A DNA stretch of 64,000 nt from Clostridia bacterium (GTDB taxonomy: Bacteria; Bacillota; Clostridia; Christensenellales; UBA3700). The notes beneath the pieces are model-generated. The model searched no databases and was not told the DNA's origin. It was given only the letters and a program-made list of their open reading frames with translations. Both the position numbers and the translations under genes were made by a program. Shown piece by piece: positions 18,557-28,032 of this stretch (position 1 is the first letter of the stretch; the number at the start of each line of letters is the position of its first letter). The DNA lies in contig JAIDUT010000023.1 in assembly GCA_029060065.1 (NCBI GenBank), forward strand, positions 14,342 through 78,341, written 5' to 3'.

Positions 18557-20476
18557 TTAATATTTTCTTGCTTTTTCAAGCATTTGATTTTTCTCTTGCA
18601 AAGCCTCTTCTTGCTTTTTACATCTTGGCTTTTGTGTACAGCCTACGTTCCACCAGCCGTCGTAACCGTGAGTCATAGACTTTGGCAAAACTTTAATGTC
18701 AATAAGCGTAGAAGTCGTCTGCTTTAGACTGTCGGCAATGGCTTCTTCCAGTTCCTTAGCGTTGCGGACGGTGTACGTCACAAAGCCGTAACCCCTTGCG
18801 CTCATAGCATAATCGATATTTAGGAACTTACCGCCTCTAATAGGCTTGTCGCCCTCTCTGTATCTCAATTCGGTACACAGCGAATCCACGCCTTGCCCCA
18901 TTTGCAAATTGTTGATACAGCCAAATGAAGCGTTGTCAAAGAGTAGCACGTTCATTTTGATTCCCTCTTGAATTGCCGTAACCATTTCGGTATGAAGCAT
19001 AAGATAACTGCCGTCACCTACCATAGCGTACACTTCTTTATCGGGACGCGCCATTTTGCTACCCAGACAGCCTGCTATCTCGTAGCCCATACATGAATAG
19101 CCATATTCCATATTGTAGCTATCCTTCTCATCGCTCGTCCACATTCTCTGCAAATCTCCCGGCAAACTTCCTGCCGAGCCTACGATAATAGCGTCGCTTG
19201 GAATACATCGTCTTATTATTCCTATCGCAGTAGTCTGCGCCATCGCTTCGCCGTGTTCCTTGACAAAGTTCTCCACTACGTCAGGCATGTGCGCGTCGAT
19301 TTCAGGCTTGTAATTTTTATCAACCTCGATATGGGTAAGTCTATCCATTTCCTTTTCCCAATCGGCTTTAGCCTTTGCAATCTGCGTAGTATATCCGCTC
19401 TTGTAATCTCCGAGCAAACCGTCCAATGCTATTATGCCTGCTTTTGCGTCGCCGACAGCTTTAATCGCGTCAAGTTTGGACGCATGGAAAGCCGACATAT
19501 TCAAAGTGACTACTTTCTTATCCGCATATAGCGACTTTGAAGCCGTCGTAAAGTCTGTAAACCTCGTACCTACGGCTATTATCAAATCGCAAGCCTTTGC
19601 AAGCGTATTAGCCGAACTGTTGCCTGTGACGCCAAGTCCGCCGACGTTGAGCGGGTGCGACGACTTGATTGCAGTCTTGCCTGCTTGCGTTTCGCAGAAC
19701 GGTATATTACGTCTTTCGCAGAATTCAGCTACAACCTCTCCAGCCTCGCTGTATTTAACACCACCGCCTACGATTAGAAGAGGCTTTTTACTGCTCTTTA
19801 TCGCATTTGCCAAATCTTCAAGTTCTTCCTTGACAGGCGTGGGGCGAGTGATTCTATGTACTCTCTTCTTGAGAAAATCAGCCGGAAAATCATATACTTC
19901 GCCTTGCACGTCCTGTGGCATTGCAATAGCCACTGCGCCCGTATGCGCAGGGTCGAGTAATACTCTCATGGCGTTGAGCATTGCGCTCATAAGCATTTCG
20001 GGACGGGAAACTCTGTCGAAGTATCTCGTCACTGCTTTGAAAGCGTCGTTGGTAGTAACACTCGCATTGTAAGGCTGTTCTATCTGTTGAAGCACAGGGT
20101 CGGGTTGTCGGGTCGCAAAGGTATCGCCCATAAAGAGCAAAAGCGGTATATTGTTTGCCGTAGCCGTACCCGCCGAAGTCACCATATTAGCCGCGCCAGG
20201 TCCGATAGACGACACGCATGGCATAATCTTACGTCTATTGTTTTGCTTTGCGTACGCGATAGCCACTTGCGACATACCCTGCTCATTTTTACCTTGATAG
20301 ACCTTGAGCGAATGCTTGCCCATTGAAAGCGCCTCGCCTATACCAAGTACGCAACCGTGACCGAAAATGGTGAATATACCTTCTACAAACTTAGTTTCTT
20401 CACCGTCAAAACTGACATATTGATTGTCCAAAAATTTTACGACGGCTTCGCCTACGCTCATTCTTTCACTCTTCAT
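18557..20476 (-). CDS. iolD: 3D-(3,5/4)-trihydroxycyclohexane-1,2-dione acylhydrolase (ThDP enzyme)
   Basis: 639 aa ThDP-dependent enzyme with a GDGSYLM motif, in iol context. Confidence 0.9.
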   Translation of the reverse strand: MKSERMSVGEAVVKFLDNQYVSFDGEETKFVEGIFTIFGHGCVLGIGEALSMGKHSLKVYQGKNEQGMSQVAIAYAKQNNRRKIMPCVSSIGPGAANMVTSAGTATANNIPLLLFMGDTFATRQPDPVLQQIEQPYNASVTTNDAFKAVTRYFDRVSRPEMLMSAMLNAMRVLLDPAHTGAVAIAMPQDVQGEVYDFPADFLKKRVHRITRPTPVKEELEDLANAIKSSKKPLLIVGGGVKYSEAGEVVAEFCERRNIPFCETQAGKTAIKSSHPLNVGGLGVTGNSSANTLAKACDLIIAVGTRFTDFTTASKSLYADKKVVTLNMSAFHASKLDAIKAVGDAKAGIIALDGLLGDYKSGYTTQIAKAKADWEKEMDRLTHIEVDKNYKPEIDAHMPDVVENFVKEHGEAMAQTTAIGIIRRCIPSDAIIVGSAGSLPGDLQRMWTSDEKDSYNMEYGYSCMGYEIAGCLGSKMARPDKEVYAMVGDGSYLMLHTEMVTAIQEGIKMNVLLFDNASFGCINNLQMGQGVDSLCTELRYREGDKPIRGGKFLNIDYAMSARGYGFVTYTVRNAKELEEAIADSLKQTTSTLIDIKVLPKSMTHGYDGWWNVGCTQKPRCKKQEEALQEKNQMLEKARKY

Positions 20477-20485
20477 AATTACTCC

Positions 20486-21256
20486 TTATTTCTCCCAATA
20501 TTCATATCTTGGGTCTACTATTCTTGTCTTGTCCCACGGATTGCCGTCCAAGTGTCTTATCATCCAACAGCAATACATCGGATATCCCGGAGCCGTAACC
20601 TGCACATGCGTCTTTCCTCCCGGAAAACAACCTACGCTACCGTCGACGATAGTGTGCGGTTCAAACTGTCCGATAAAGCACGCGCCGAAAGCCTCGGGCG
20701 TCGGCATCTTATAATAGTATACTTCGGGTTGCGGGTGAGAGTGCGGAAGATAACTCCACCATCTGCCCTGTCTTGCAATAACTTCGCCCACTACGAGATT
20801 GGAATAGGGAGCGTTGGAATAGTCAAACACTGTGTTGACGTCTCTAACTGCGGTATTTTCCCAAAGTCCCTCGCAAGACACGCTTCTCTGCACGTCCTCT
20901 TTAGCGTAGAACTTCGACGGAAATGTCTTTTCATTTGTCGTAGCAAGATATATTATCTCGCTGTCTTTAAGCGCCTTGACGGTAATCGTATTGCCTTTGC
21001 AGACGTGCATTGTTATAGGCAAATCTTCATAAACGTCTTTTCTTTCACCGCTTCCGACCAGGTCTGCGCATTTCATTTCTACTGCTCCTTCTGTGAGAAG
21101 TACGCACATTTCCTTATCTTTTTCACTGTACGTCACGCTCTTGCCCTTTGCAATCTTGACAACGAGAATATCCATCAGCATATCGCTGTTTACGCCGTCC
21201 ATTTGAGTAAGCGTCTTTACTCCATCGCTGTTAAATTCCGGATAATTAAAAGCCAT
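20486..21256 (-). CDS. iolB: 5-deoxy-glucuronate isomerase
   Basis: The track ORF extends to 21409 but overlaps iolC. ATG 21256 (MAFNYPEF...) has SD AAGGAGGA and gives 257 aa. Cupin-like, in iol context. Confidence 0.85.
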   Translation of the reverse strand: MAFNYPEFNSDGVKTLTQMDGVNSDMLMDILVVKIAKGKSVTYSEKDKEMCVLLTEGAVEMKCADLVGSGERKDVYEDLPITMHVCKGNTITVKALKDSEIIYLATTNEKTFPSKFYAKEDVQRSVSCEGLWENTAVRDVNTVFDYSNAPYSNLVVGEVIARQGRWWSYLPHSHPQPEVYYYKMPTPEAFGACFIGQFEPHTIVDGSVGCFPGGKTHVQVTAPGYPMYCCWMIRHLDGNPWDKTRIVDPRYEYWEK

Positions 21257-21267
21257 AACTTCCTCCT

Positions 21268-22284
21268 TTATCCTCTTGCTATCATATCGCCGAATTGCTT
21301 TTTCTCGTCTGCGATAAACTTCTCTAATTCTTTTACGGTCGGCATAAATTCCGAGCAACCGTGCGCCGATACTAGCATTGACGCAGAAGCAGAACCAAGC
21401 TCTAGGCAATCCATTATATCCTTGCCCTCGAACATTCCGTACATAAATGCCGAACCGTAGCCGTCGCCACCGCCAAAGGACTTGAACGCCTCAACGGGGA
21501 ATGGCTTGATATTGTACTTCTTACCGTCGCAGGTGTGCGCAGTACTTCCCTTTTTGCCGTGCTTGATAATGACGATTTTAGCTTTCTTTCCAAACCAATA
21601 CTTTGCAGTCTGCTCGTCGTCCATATCGGGCGCAAAGATAGCCTGCGTCAAATCATACTCTTCTCTTGAGCCCATTATTATGTCGGCATGTTCTGCTACG
21701 GCAGTATAGTACACTGCGATTTCGTCGCTACACTTCCAGTTATACGCGCGGTAATCTATATCGAATATAATCTTCGTATTATTCTTCTCTGCAAGTTGCA
21801 TAGCCTTAAGGCAGGCTTCTCTCGACGGGCTTTGCGCAAGCGCCGTTCCGGAAATAAGAATCGCCTTTGAATTTGCTATGTACTCTTCGTCCACGTCAGA
21901 AGGAGCGAGCATAAGGTCTGCAATGCCGTCCCTATACATCAAAATACTGCTTTCGGACGGTGAGAGAATTTCCGTAAAGGTCAAACCTAGTTTTTCTCCA
22001 TTCTTAGCCCTAGATACTCTCGATACGTCGATACCTTCTTTGACGAAGAAATTCGTAACGTAATCGCCGAATTGGTCATCGGATACCTTGCCGATAAAAC
22101 CTACTTTCTTGCCAAGTCTTGCAAGACCGACCGCCACATTGGCAGGCGAACCGCCGAGATACTTGCGGTACTCTTTGCTCTCCGACAACGGCTTAAAGTA
22201 GTCGAGCGGATTGAAGTCTATTGCTATTCTGCCTACGAGAATAAGGTCGTATTTTCTGTCTTTTTCAAAAGTAACGTATTGCAT
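21268..22284 (-). CDS. iolC: 5-dehydro-2-deoxygluconokinase (PfkB family)
   Basis: 338 aa with PfkB motifs GGSPANVAVG and a C-terminal GGGDGYGSAF. Confidence 0.9.
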   Translation of the reverse strand: MQYVTFEKDRKYDLILVGRIAIDFNPLDYFKPLSESKEYRKYLGGSPANVAVGLARLGKKVGFIGKVSDDQFGDYVTNFFVKEGIDVSRVSRAKNGEKLGLTFTEILSPSESSILMYRDGIADLMLAPSDVDEEYIANSKAILISGTALAQSPSREACLKAMQLAEKNNTKIIFDIDYRAYNWKCSDEIAVYYTAVAEHADIIMGSREEYDLTQAIFAPDMDDEQTAKYWFGKKAKIVIIKHGKKGSTAHTCDGKKYNIKPFPVEAFKSFGGGDGYGSAFMYGMFEGKDIMDCLELGSASASMLVSAHGCSEFMPTVKELEKFIADEKKQFGDMIARG

Positions 22285-22339
22285 TGTCTACCTCTTTTTG
22301 TGTTATCTACTTTTTATTGATATATTTATTTCATTTGTA

Positions 22340-23170
22340 TTATGCGTCAGGTTGGCAAAGTTTTATTATATTACTTGCGACCTCTTGAACTGCCTCTATA
22401 GCGTATGGCAAATAAGTCTTAGGGTCATAAGTCGCCTTTTCGCTTGCCAAGCCTTTCTTAAGACCTTGCGTAAACGCCTGTCTAAGGTGCGTCGCAAAGT
22501 TAATCTTGCTAATACCGGCTTTGATACAATTTCTCACTACTTCGTCGGAAAGTCCGCTTGCGCCGTGAAGAACCAAAGGTATATCCACGTTGGAAGCAAT
22601 TTCCTCTATTCTGTCAATAGCGATATGCGGAGTTCCTTTGTATACTCCGTGCGCAGTGCCCACACCGATTGCCAAGCTGTCGACGCCCGTCATTTCCACA
22701 AATTTGACGGCTTCGTCAACTTCGGTATATTTAATTTGTCCTTCGGTTTCTTCCTTTCCGCCGATAGTTCCCAATTCCGCCTCGACGCTTACTCCGCTAC
22801 TATGCGCCATATCAACGACCTGTTTGGTCAACTTGACGTTATCTTCAAAAGACAGCATCGAACCGTCAATCATAACGGACGTATAGCCCGCGTCGATACA
22901 ATCCTTGCAGATTTGCAAATCTCCGCCGTGGTCAAGGTGAATGGAAATATCCGCTCCGCCCTTGTAATTTGCCTTAACAAGCGAAGAATACGTGGCAACA
23001 CCGCCGTATTTCAATGTGCGAGGAATAGTCTGAATAATAATAGGTTTGGATAAAATCCTTGTGGCGTTAAGCACGCCCAAAACGCTTTCAAGATTGTCTA
23101 CGTTAAACGCAGGAACCGCGTAGCCCTGCTTCTTTGCTTCAATCAACAACTTGCTGTTGGTAACAATCAT
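22340..23170 (-). CDS. iolJ: class II aldolase, probable 6-phospho-5-dehydro-2-deoxy-D-gluconate aldolase
   Basis: 276 aa class II FBP-aldolase family (HLDHG, LVLHGASG). First gene of the iol string. Confidence 0.8.
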   Translation of the reverse strand: MIVTNSKLLIEAKKQGYAVPAFNVDNLESVLGVLNATRILSKPIIIQTIPRTLKYGGVATYSSLVKANYKGGADISIHLDHGGDLQICKDCIDAGYTSVMIDGSMLSFEDNVKLTKQVVDMAHSSGVSVEAELGTIGGKEETEGQIKYTEVDEAVKFVEMTGVDSLAIGVGTAHGVYKGTPHIAIDRIEEIASNVDIPLVLHGASGLSDEVVRNCIKAGISKINFATHLRQAFTQGLKKGLASEKATYDPKTYLPYAIEAVQEVASNIIKLCQPDA

Positions 23171-23317
23171 AATTGATTTCTCCCAAAATCACATTTATAA
23201 TGTTATTATACTCTCACAGCACTATATTGTCAATATGTAATTAGAAATTTTTTACCAATTTTGCCATAAATTTGATACGCTAAAATCTTATAAAAACAGC
23301 GCATTTTGCACAAATTA

Positions 23318-23348
23318 AAGGCAAAAACTTGCCGTTTTTGCCTTTTTT
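23318..23348. terminator. hairpin terminator downstream of TM2 gene
   Basis: AAGGCAAAAAC-TTGCC-GTTTTTGCCTT with T/A tracts on both sides. Confidence 0.7.
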
Positions 23349-23405
23349 ATAAAATCTACAGTACCAAATTGTCCATATTTTTTAATATTGTCCATAAATA
23401 TGTTA

Positions 23406-23729
23406 TTAAATCATATTTATATCGTTATTGTCTACGTGAAGATCATCCATATGAGATTCGTCGGTATGCTGATTTTCAGTGTTGCCTCCCTCGACAGCGT
23501 TCTTATTGACATCTCCGCTAGGTGGCATACTGCAATACTTTACTTGGAACGTTTCATCGTCAGTACATAGATAGATAATACCCTCTATCAAACCTATAAT
23601 AGCCGGAATACCCGTCCAACAGAATAGCAAATAAAGTATTCCCGAACCAATTTTACCAAGGTAAAACTTGTGAATACCCAAATCGCCAAGCAAAATAGCA
23701 AGAATACCTGCAACGTATTTATTTTTCAT
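23406..23729 (-). CDS. TM2 domain-containing membrane protein
   Basis: 107 aa. The GILAILLGDLGIHKFYLGK...GIPAIIGLIEGIIYL pattern fits a TM2 domain. Acidic C-terminal tail. Confidence 0.8.
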   Translation of the reverse strand: MKNKYVAGILAILLGDLGIHKFYLGKIGSGILYLLFCWTGIPAIIGLIEGIIYLCTDDETFQVKYCSMPPSGDVNKNAVEGGNTENQHTDESHMDDLHVDNNDINMI

Positions 23730-23823
23730 AATTCCTCCAAATGGTTAACTTATAGTTTAGTGAGTTAATATTAATTATACTCATTGAATATTATGAGCAT
23801 AACATCACCAATTATACTAAGAC

Positions 23824-24831
23824 TTAAAACTTGCGTTCATATATCTTCATTGCCAACGAATATATTCCGTACATCTTATGCGCTATAAGGAACGCTTGTA
23901 TCTTTGACGCCTTACCGGCATTGCGAATGAGATGCTTGCAATATGCTTTATAATTTTTCCTATTATGAGCTTCTTTCCAAAATTGATTTTCCATGAATTG
24001 CTTAATAGACTTTTTATAATTTTTGTCCGTAACTATTATTGCATTTAGATATTGCACTAAATAATAATATTTTACAGCTCCTAATATTTCTTCTCCGCAA
24101 AATTTAAGTATATAATTCTCAGATTTCTCTATCTGTACCTGTCTTGAAGTCCAAAAATTATCTCTGCCAATATATCTGTTGATAAAATTATGGTGTAGAT
24201 TATATGTATTCACATTATAGGATAAGTGTTCGTTTAGTATAGTTCTCTTTTCGGAGATATCTAGGCACTGCAACATATAGACAGCATCCTCACCACAGCA
24301 AATTCCTTCGACGTAACGTATATTCTTAAATTTCGACGCTAAAAACAATGTTCTCCAAGTTACACTGCGAACGTATTCGTTTTCAATGCAAAAATAGTAC
24401 TTAATATTTTTATTATAAACAAGATCGTAGAGGTTCTTTTCTGGAACAGGTTTAACAACTCCTTGACACTCGCTATTCGTTAGAAAGAATACCATATCGG
24501 CCCCCTCTGAAACTATTGTGTCAAGGCACTTTTGATAAGTAGTCACATCAATATAGTCGTCAGAATCGACGAAAGCAAAATATTCGCCTTTCGCCACATC
24601 AAGGCCAAGATTTCTTGCCTTTGACACACCTTTTTCCGATACAAGTACTTTGACCCTATTGTCTCTCTCCGCCCACTGATAACACAATTCCAAGGTGTTA
24701 TCTTGCGAACCATTTTCGATGAGAATAATCTCAAGATTGGGATACGTCTGATTGACGACACTTTCAACACACCTATCTAATGTGTCTGCGCTGTTATGTA
24801 CCGGGATTATTACACTAATCAATTTATCCAT
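23824..24831 (-). CDS. glycosyltransferase family 2
   Basis: 335 aa. N-terminus ISVIIPVHNSADTLDRCVESV...DSDD is a GT-A fold signature. Confidence 0.85.
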   Translation of the reverse strand: MDKLISVIIPVHNSADTLDRCVESVVNQTYPNLEIILIENGSQDNTLELCYQWAERDNRVKVLVSEKGVSKARNLGLDVAKGEYFAFVDSDDYIDVTTYQKCLDTIVSEGADMVFFLTNSECQGVVKPVPEKNLYDLVYNKNIKYYFCIENEYVRSVTWRTLFLASKFKNIRYVEGICCGEDAVYMLQCLDISEKRTILNEHLSYNVNTYNLHHNFINRYIGRDNFWTSRQVQIEKSENYILKFCGEEILGAVKYYYLVQYLNAIIVTDKNYKKSIKQFMENQFWKEAHNRKNYKAYCKHLIRNAGKASKIQAFLIAHKMYGIYSLAMKIYERKF

Positions 24832-24843
24832 AATAATTTCCTC

Positions 24844-25236
24844 CTATTTTCTATTGGCTATATCTTTTTTAATTTGCGTAGTAGAGATTTCCGGCGTACG
24901 TGGCAAGTAAACTACTTCGCAATAATCTTTAAGAAAGTCAAACTTACCTTCCCAGTCATTACCCATAACAAAGGTATCTATCCTAAATTCTTTTACGTCC
25001 TCTATTTTTTGTTCCCAACAATTTTCGGGTATTACCAAGTCTACGCATCTCAATGCTTCCAGCATTTTTTTGCGTTCTTCATAAGAAAAATAGCACTTCT
25101 TACCTTTAAGCGCGTTAAACTCATCGGTAGATAATCCGACAACCAAATAATCTCCCATTGCCTTTGCCCTCTGCAGAATATTGATATGTCCGTAGTGCAA
25201 CAAATCAAACGTCCCGTAAGTCAAAACTTTTTTCAT
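24844..25236 (-). CDS. tagD: glycerol-3-phosphate cytidylyltransferase
   Basis: 130 aa. GTFDLLHYGHINIL (HxGH) and RTPEISTT motifs. Confidence 0.9.
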   Translation of the reverse strand: MKKVLTYGTFDLLHYGHINILQRAKAMGDYLVVGLSTDEFNALKGKKCYFSYEERKKMLEALRCVDLVIPENCWEQKIEDVKEFRIDTFVMGNDWEGKFDFLKDYCEVVYLPRTPEISTTQIKKDIANRK

Positions 25237-25243
25237 AATATCT

Positions 25244-26377
25244 CTACTCCTTTGTTATCCCTACAAAGTCCAAAATCTTCTTGCTGTAATCCAAACTTTG
25301 ATCAAAATTAACTAAATCATTTATTTCTTTTCTTTTTTCTTTCCAATCGTCTTTTCCCGCTAAAATGCTGTCCAAGAACGCTTTTAACTCCTCGACGTCC
25401 TTTATCTTTTCTCCCGGCATATAATCAAGCGGATTCTCGACGACAAATCCCCTCTTGTCGGAATAATCGTCAATATCGTCAATGACAAATCCTATAGGTC
25501 TCTGCGTAAGAAGAAAATCAAAGTAAATTGACGAATAATCTGTAAGCAATATATCCGCTTCGCCGATAAAATTATACGGCATAATTTTTTTGCTCGACAA
25601 AAAATCGTTTTTAATTATTTTAATATTAGAAAAAGCGAGATTGAAAATATCAAGATTGTCTTGAGCTGGGTGAGGTTTTATTATAAACATAATATTCCTT
25701 TCGCTGAGAAAAACATTAAATTCCTTCAATGATTCTTCGCTAAACAACGGGAACTCATGATCAGAATCTTTCCTGTCCCAACGCGAAGCCTTCCTGAAAG
25801 TTGGCATATATAAAACTATTTTATCATAGTTTTCCTTTAATATTCCCAGTTGTTCCATTGCGTGGTTTTCTTCAAAAAATTGTTCGCACCTCGGATATCC
25901 GCATATAAAGAACTGATTTTCTTTGTATCCGAAGCATTTTTTGAAATATTCTTTACTAAATTCACATGTCGCCAAAATTCTTGTAGACCTCTTATAATAA
26001 TTAGAAGAATATTCGCCCAATGTTTTAAGCGCTGTGCCGTGCCACATATCAAAAACCGTTTGATTTTTAGGAGTATTGTTAGCCATTTTGCCCATTCCGT
26101 GTGTATGAAATATGAACTTGGCAGTCAATGTATGATACGCTCCGGCTAATATGCCCTTTACTTTTTTTATGTGTTTAATATTATCGTAATAAATCAAATC
26201 GTTGTCGTTGGCTACCACCAAATAAATCTTATATTTTTCATTATATTTGTTTTTAATTAAATACTGTATCAATGCGTGGTGATTATTATCATAACTTGTC
26301 CTACCGTAAAAAACTATCTTATTTTTTTGTTTAGGTAAAATTTTATTGACTAAAGTTATTAATTTAATTCTATTCAT
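25244..26377 (-). CDS. CDP-glycerol glycerophosphotransferase (TagB/TagF family)
   Basis: About 377 aa. The C-terminal half (YMPTFR...HP...DYSSIYFDFL) is typical of TagF-like enzymes. ATG 26377 is preferred over the track start 26407. Adjacent to tagD. Confidence 0.8.
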   Translation of the reverse strand: MNRIKLITLVNKILPKQKNKIVFYGRTSYDNNHHALIQYLIKNKYNEKYKIYLVVANDNDLIYYDNIKHIKKVKGILAGAYHTLTAKFIFHTHGMGKMANNTPKNQTVFDMWHGTALKTLGEYSSNYYKRSTRILATCEFSKEYFKKCFGYKENQFFICGYPRCEQFFEENHAMEQLGILKENYDKIVLYMPTFRKASRWDRKDSDHEFPLFSEESLKEFNVFLSERNIMFIIKPHPAQDNLDIFNLAFSNIKIIKNDFLSSKKIMPYNFIGEADILLTDYSSIYFDFLLTQRPIGFVIDDIDDYSDKRGFVVENPLDYMPGEKIKDVEELKAFLDSILAGKDDWKEKRKEINDLVNFDQSLDYSKKILDFVGITKE

Positions 26378-27974
26378 TATCGCTATTCTCCTCAAATGTA
26401 TCCTCATTTTCTCCAGTCTTTTCTAATTTTTCGTTTTCTTCATTGTGCTGAGTATCCCCATTGACGAGTTGAGGCATTTTCTTTCCCCTTTTTAGCATAC
26501 CACAAAACTTTTTTATAATGAATATGATTTCGCGCATATTAACAATCAATATCAATAATATAACAGCAGTTGCGTAAACCCATTTATATTTAACATTAAG
26601 AGTATAAACAACAGCCAATATCATTAAAAGCATATATTGCGCGATAAACTTAAACCAATTAGTATTAATCTTAACAAGCTTTTTTGCCAGTAATACTCTG
26701 GTAACAAATATAACCGTATAACTCAACCAAAAAGCTATAATGGACACATATACGACGCTACTTAATCCGACAAACTTCGCGAAAATCGGCATAAAAACGC
26801 AACATACCGCAAGATTCACTCCCGCGCCTATAAAGGTCGAATACATGCTGTATTTTGTCTTATAATATGCTCCGAAAAACGCTCCGAAAAACGCAGAAAA
26901 ACAACCGGATACAGCTCCCATAATTAAAATAGGAGAAAATATCCAAGCTTCATAAAAATTATTCTTTAGTAAAAATTTAGAAATGTACGGAACTATTAAA
27001 ATAATTGCTCCTGTAGCTAGAAATATAATGGGAGTATAGTACTTAAAAACAGTACTGTAGAATTCATTCCTATCACTACTCTCGCTTTCTTGCGCAGAAG
27101 ATAATGACCATGCTTGCAAAAAGATACTACTAACTACATTGATAAGAGCAGGCAACTTACTTGCGGCTGTAACCAGTCCTGCAACCGTCCAAGCCTGTTG
27201 ATACAATTCTTCATTTTTTCCTAAACCGGCGATTGTTATTACTGATAAGTATACCATTAGATAACGTCCTGAAGTCTGCACTATCCACCAACTTATGCTA
27301 TTTGAAACGTTGGGAATAGAATATTTTAACATTTCTTTCAAAGTTATCTTATTGAAATCACGAACTTTAATATACTTCCAAGGATTAACGGTAATAGTAA
27401 GTAAGATGATTACTACTATAGGCGCCACAATTAGTGATAAAAGATACCCATTTATACCAAGACGCAACGGTACTATAGCTATATATGCGGTCAGCAACAT
27501 CGCTACCGCCTCTATAATACTAGAGATAGCGTAGTTAACAGTCTTGCCAATACCTCTTGTAAACTCGCACAACAACCCCTTAAAACCTCTAAGAACAAAA
27601 AGAGGAATTAGTAACAAAAGATATGTCCCGCTATAGATTGAACCCGTATACTTAGCGATAAAATAAAATGCGACATCAAATATGGCAAAAACTAAAGATC
27701 CTATAAAAACTATAGTAAACGAATTGGTAATTATCGCGTTGGGCGAATACTTCTTATCTACCGAAAATCTAAACAATGCTTCCGCTAACCCTAAAGTCAA
27801 TAGTGGGATAAATAAGTCGGAGATAGTAGTCACTACATTGTCCGTTATACCATACTGACTCTCAAGTAAATATTTCGTTAACATTGGAAGTATAAAAAAC
27901 TGAGCCGCCTTACCCGTAAGGTTGCCTATTGCAAAAATTATTGAATTTGAAATCAGTCTTTTATACTTGTTCAT
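26370..27974 (-). CDS. Wzx-type oligosaccharide flippase (MOP superfamily)
   Basis: Polytopic (~14 helices), with the N-terminus MNKYKRLISNSIIFAIGNL typical of polysaccharide-biosynthesis flippases. Unusual ~45-aa hydrophilic acidic C-terminal tail. The track ORF starts at TTG 28001; ATG 27974 is preferred. Confidence 0.8.
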   Translation of the reverse strand: MNKYKRLISNSIIFAIGNLTGKAAQFFILPMLTKYLLESQYGITDNVVTTISDLFIPLLTLGLAEALFRFSVDKKYSPNAIITNSFTIVFIGSLVFAIFDVAFYFIAKYTGSIYSGTYLLLLIPLFVLRGFKGLLCEFTRGIGKTVNYAISSIIEAVAMLLTAYIAIVPLRLGINGYLLSLIVAPIVVIILLTITVNPWKYIKVRDFNKITLKEMLKYSIPNVSNSISWWIVQTSGRYLMVYLSVITIAGLGKNEELYQQAWTVAGLVTAASKLPALINVVSSIFLQAWSLSSAQESESSDRNEFYSTVFKYYTPIIFLATGAIILIVPYISKFLLKNNFYEAWIFSPILIMGAVSGCFSAFFGAFFGAYYKTKYSMYSTFIGAGVNLAVCCVFMPIFAKFVGLSSVVYVSIIAFWLSYTVIFVTRVLLAKKLVKINTNWFKFIAQYMLLMILAVVYTLNVKYKWVYATAVILLILIVNMREIIFIIKKFCGMLKRGKKMPQLVNGDTQHNEENEKLEKTGENEDTFEENSDNE

Positions 27975-28032
27975 ACTTTGAGTTATTTTATTATACCCCA
28001 AAAACTAAGCGTTTGGCAACACTATTATCTTT

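Noticed and set aside
21257-21409. N-terminal extension of iolB (MPRAWFCFCVN...) overlapping the 3' end of iolC by about 140 nt.
   Set aside because: The internal ATG at 21256 has a perfect AAGGAGGA SD and removes the overlap, so the extension looks like read-through of an open frame.
20357-21460. Long track ORFs antisense to well-recognised genes. Examples: 20357-21460(+), 22211-23053(+), 19434-20072(+), 33590-34171(+), 36327-36908(+), 52735-53388(-), 6136-6636(-), 7129-7704(-), 51-410(+), 535-858(+).
   Set aside because: Each lies entirely opposite a gene with clear family motifs. They have no SD and a low-complexity or odd composition, so they are shadow ORFs.
23369-23402. Direct repeat ATTGTCCATA...ATTGTCCATA just downstream of the TM2 gene stop.
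   Set aside because: There are only two 10-nt copies in AT-rich DNA, with no associated structure or gene. This is likely chance.
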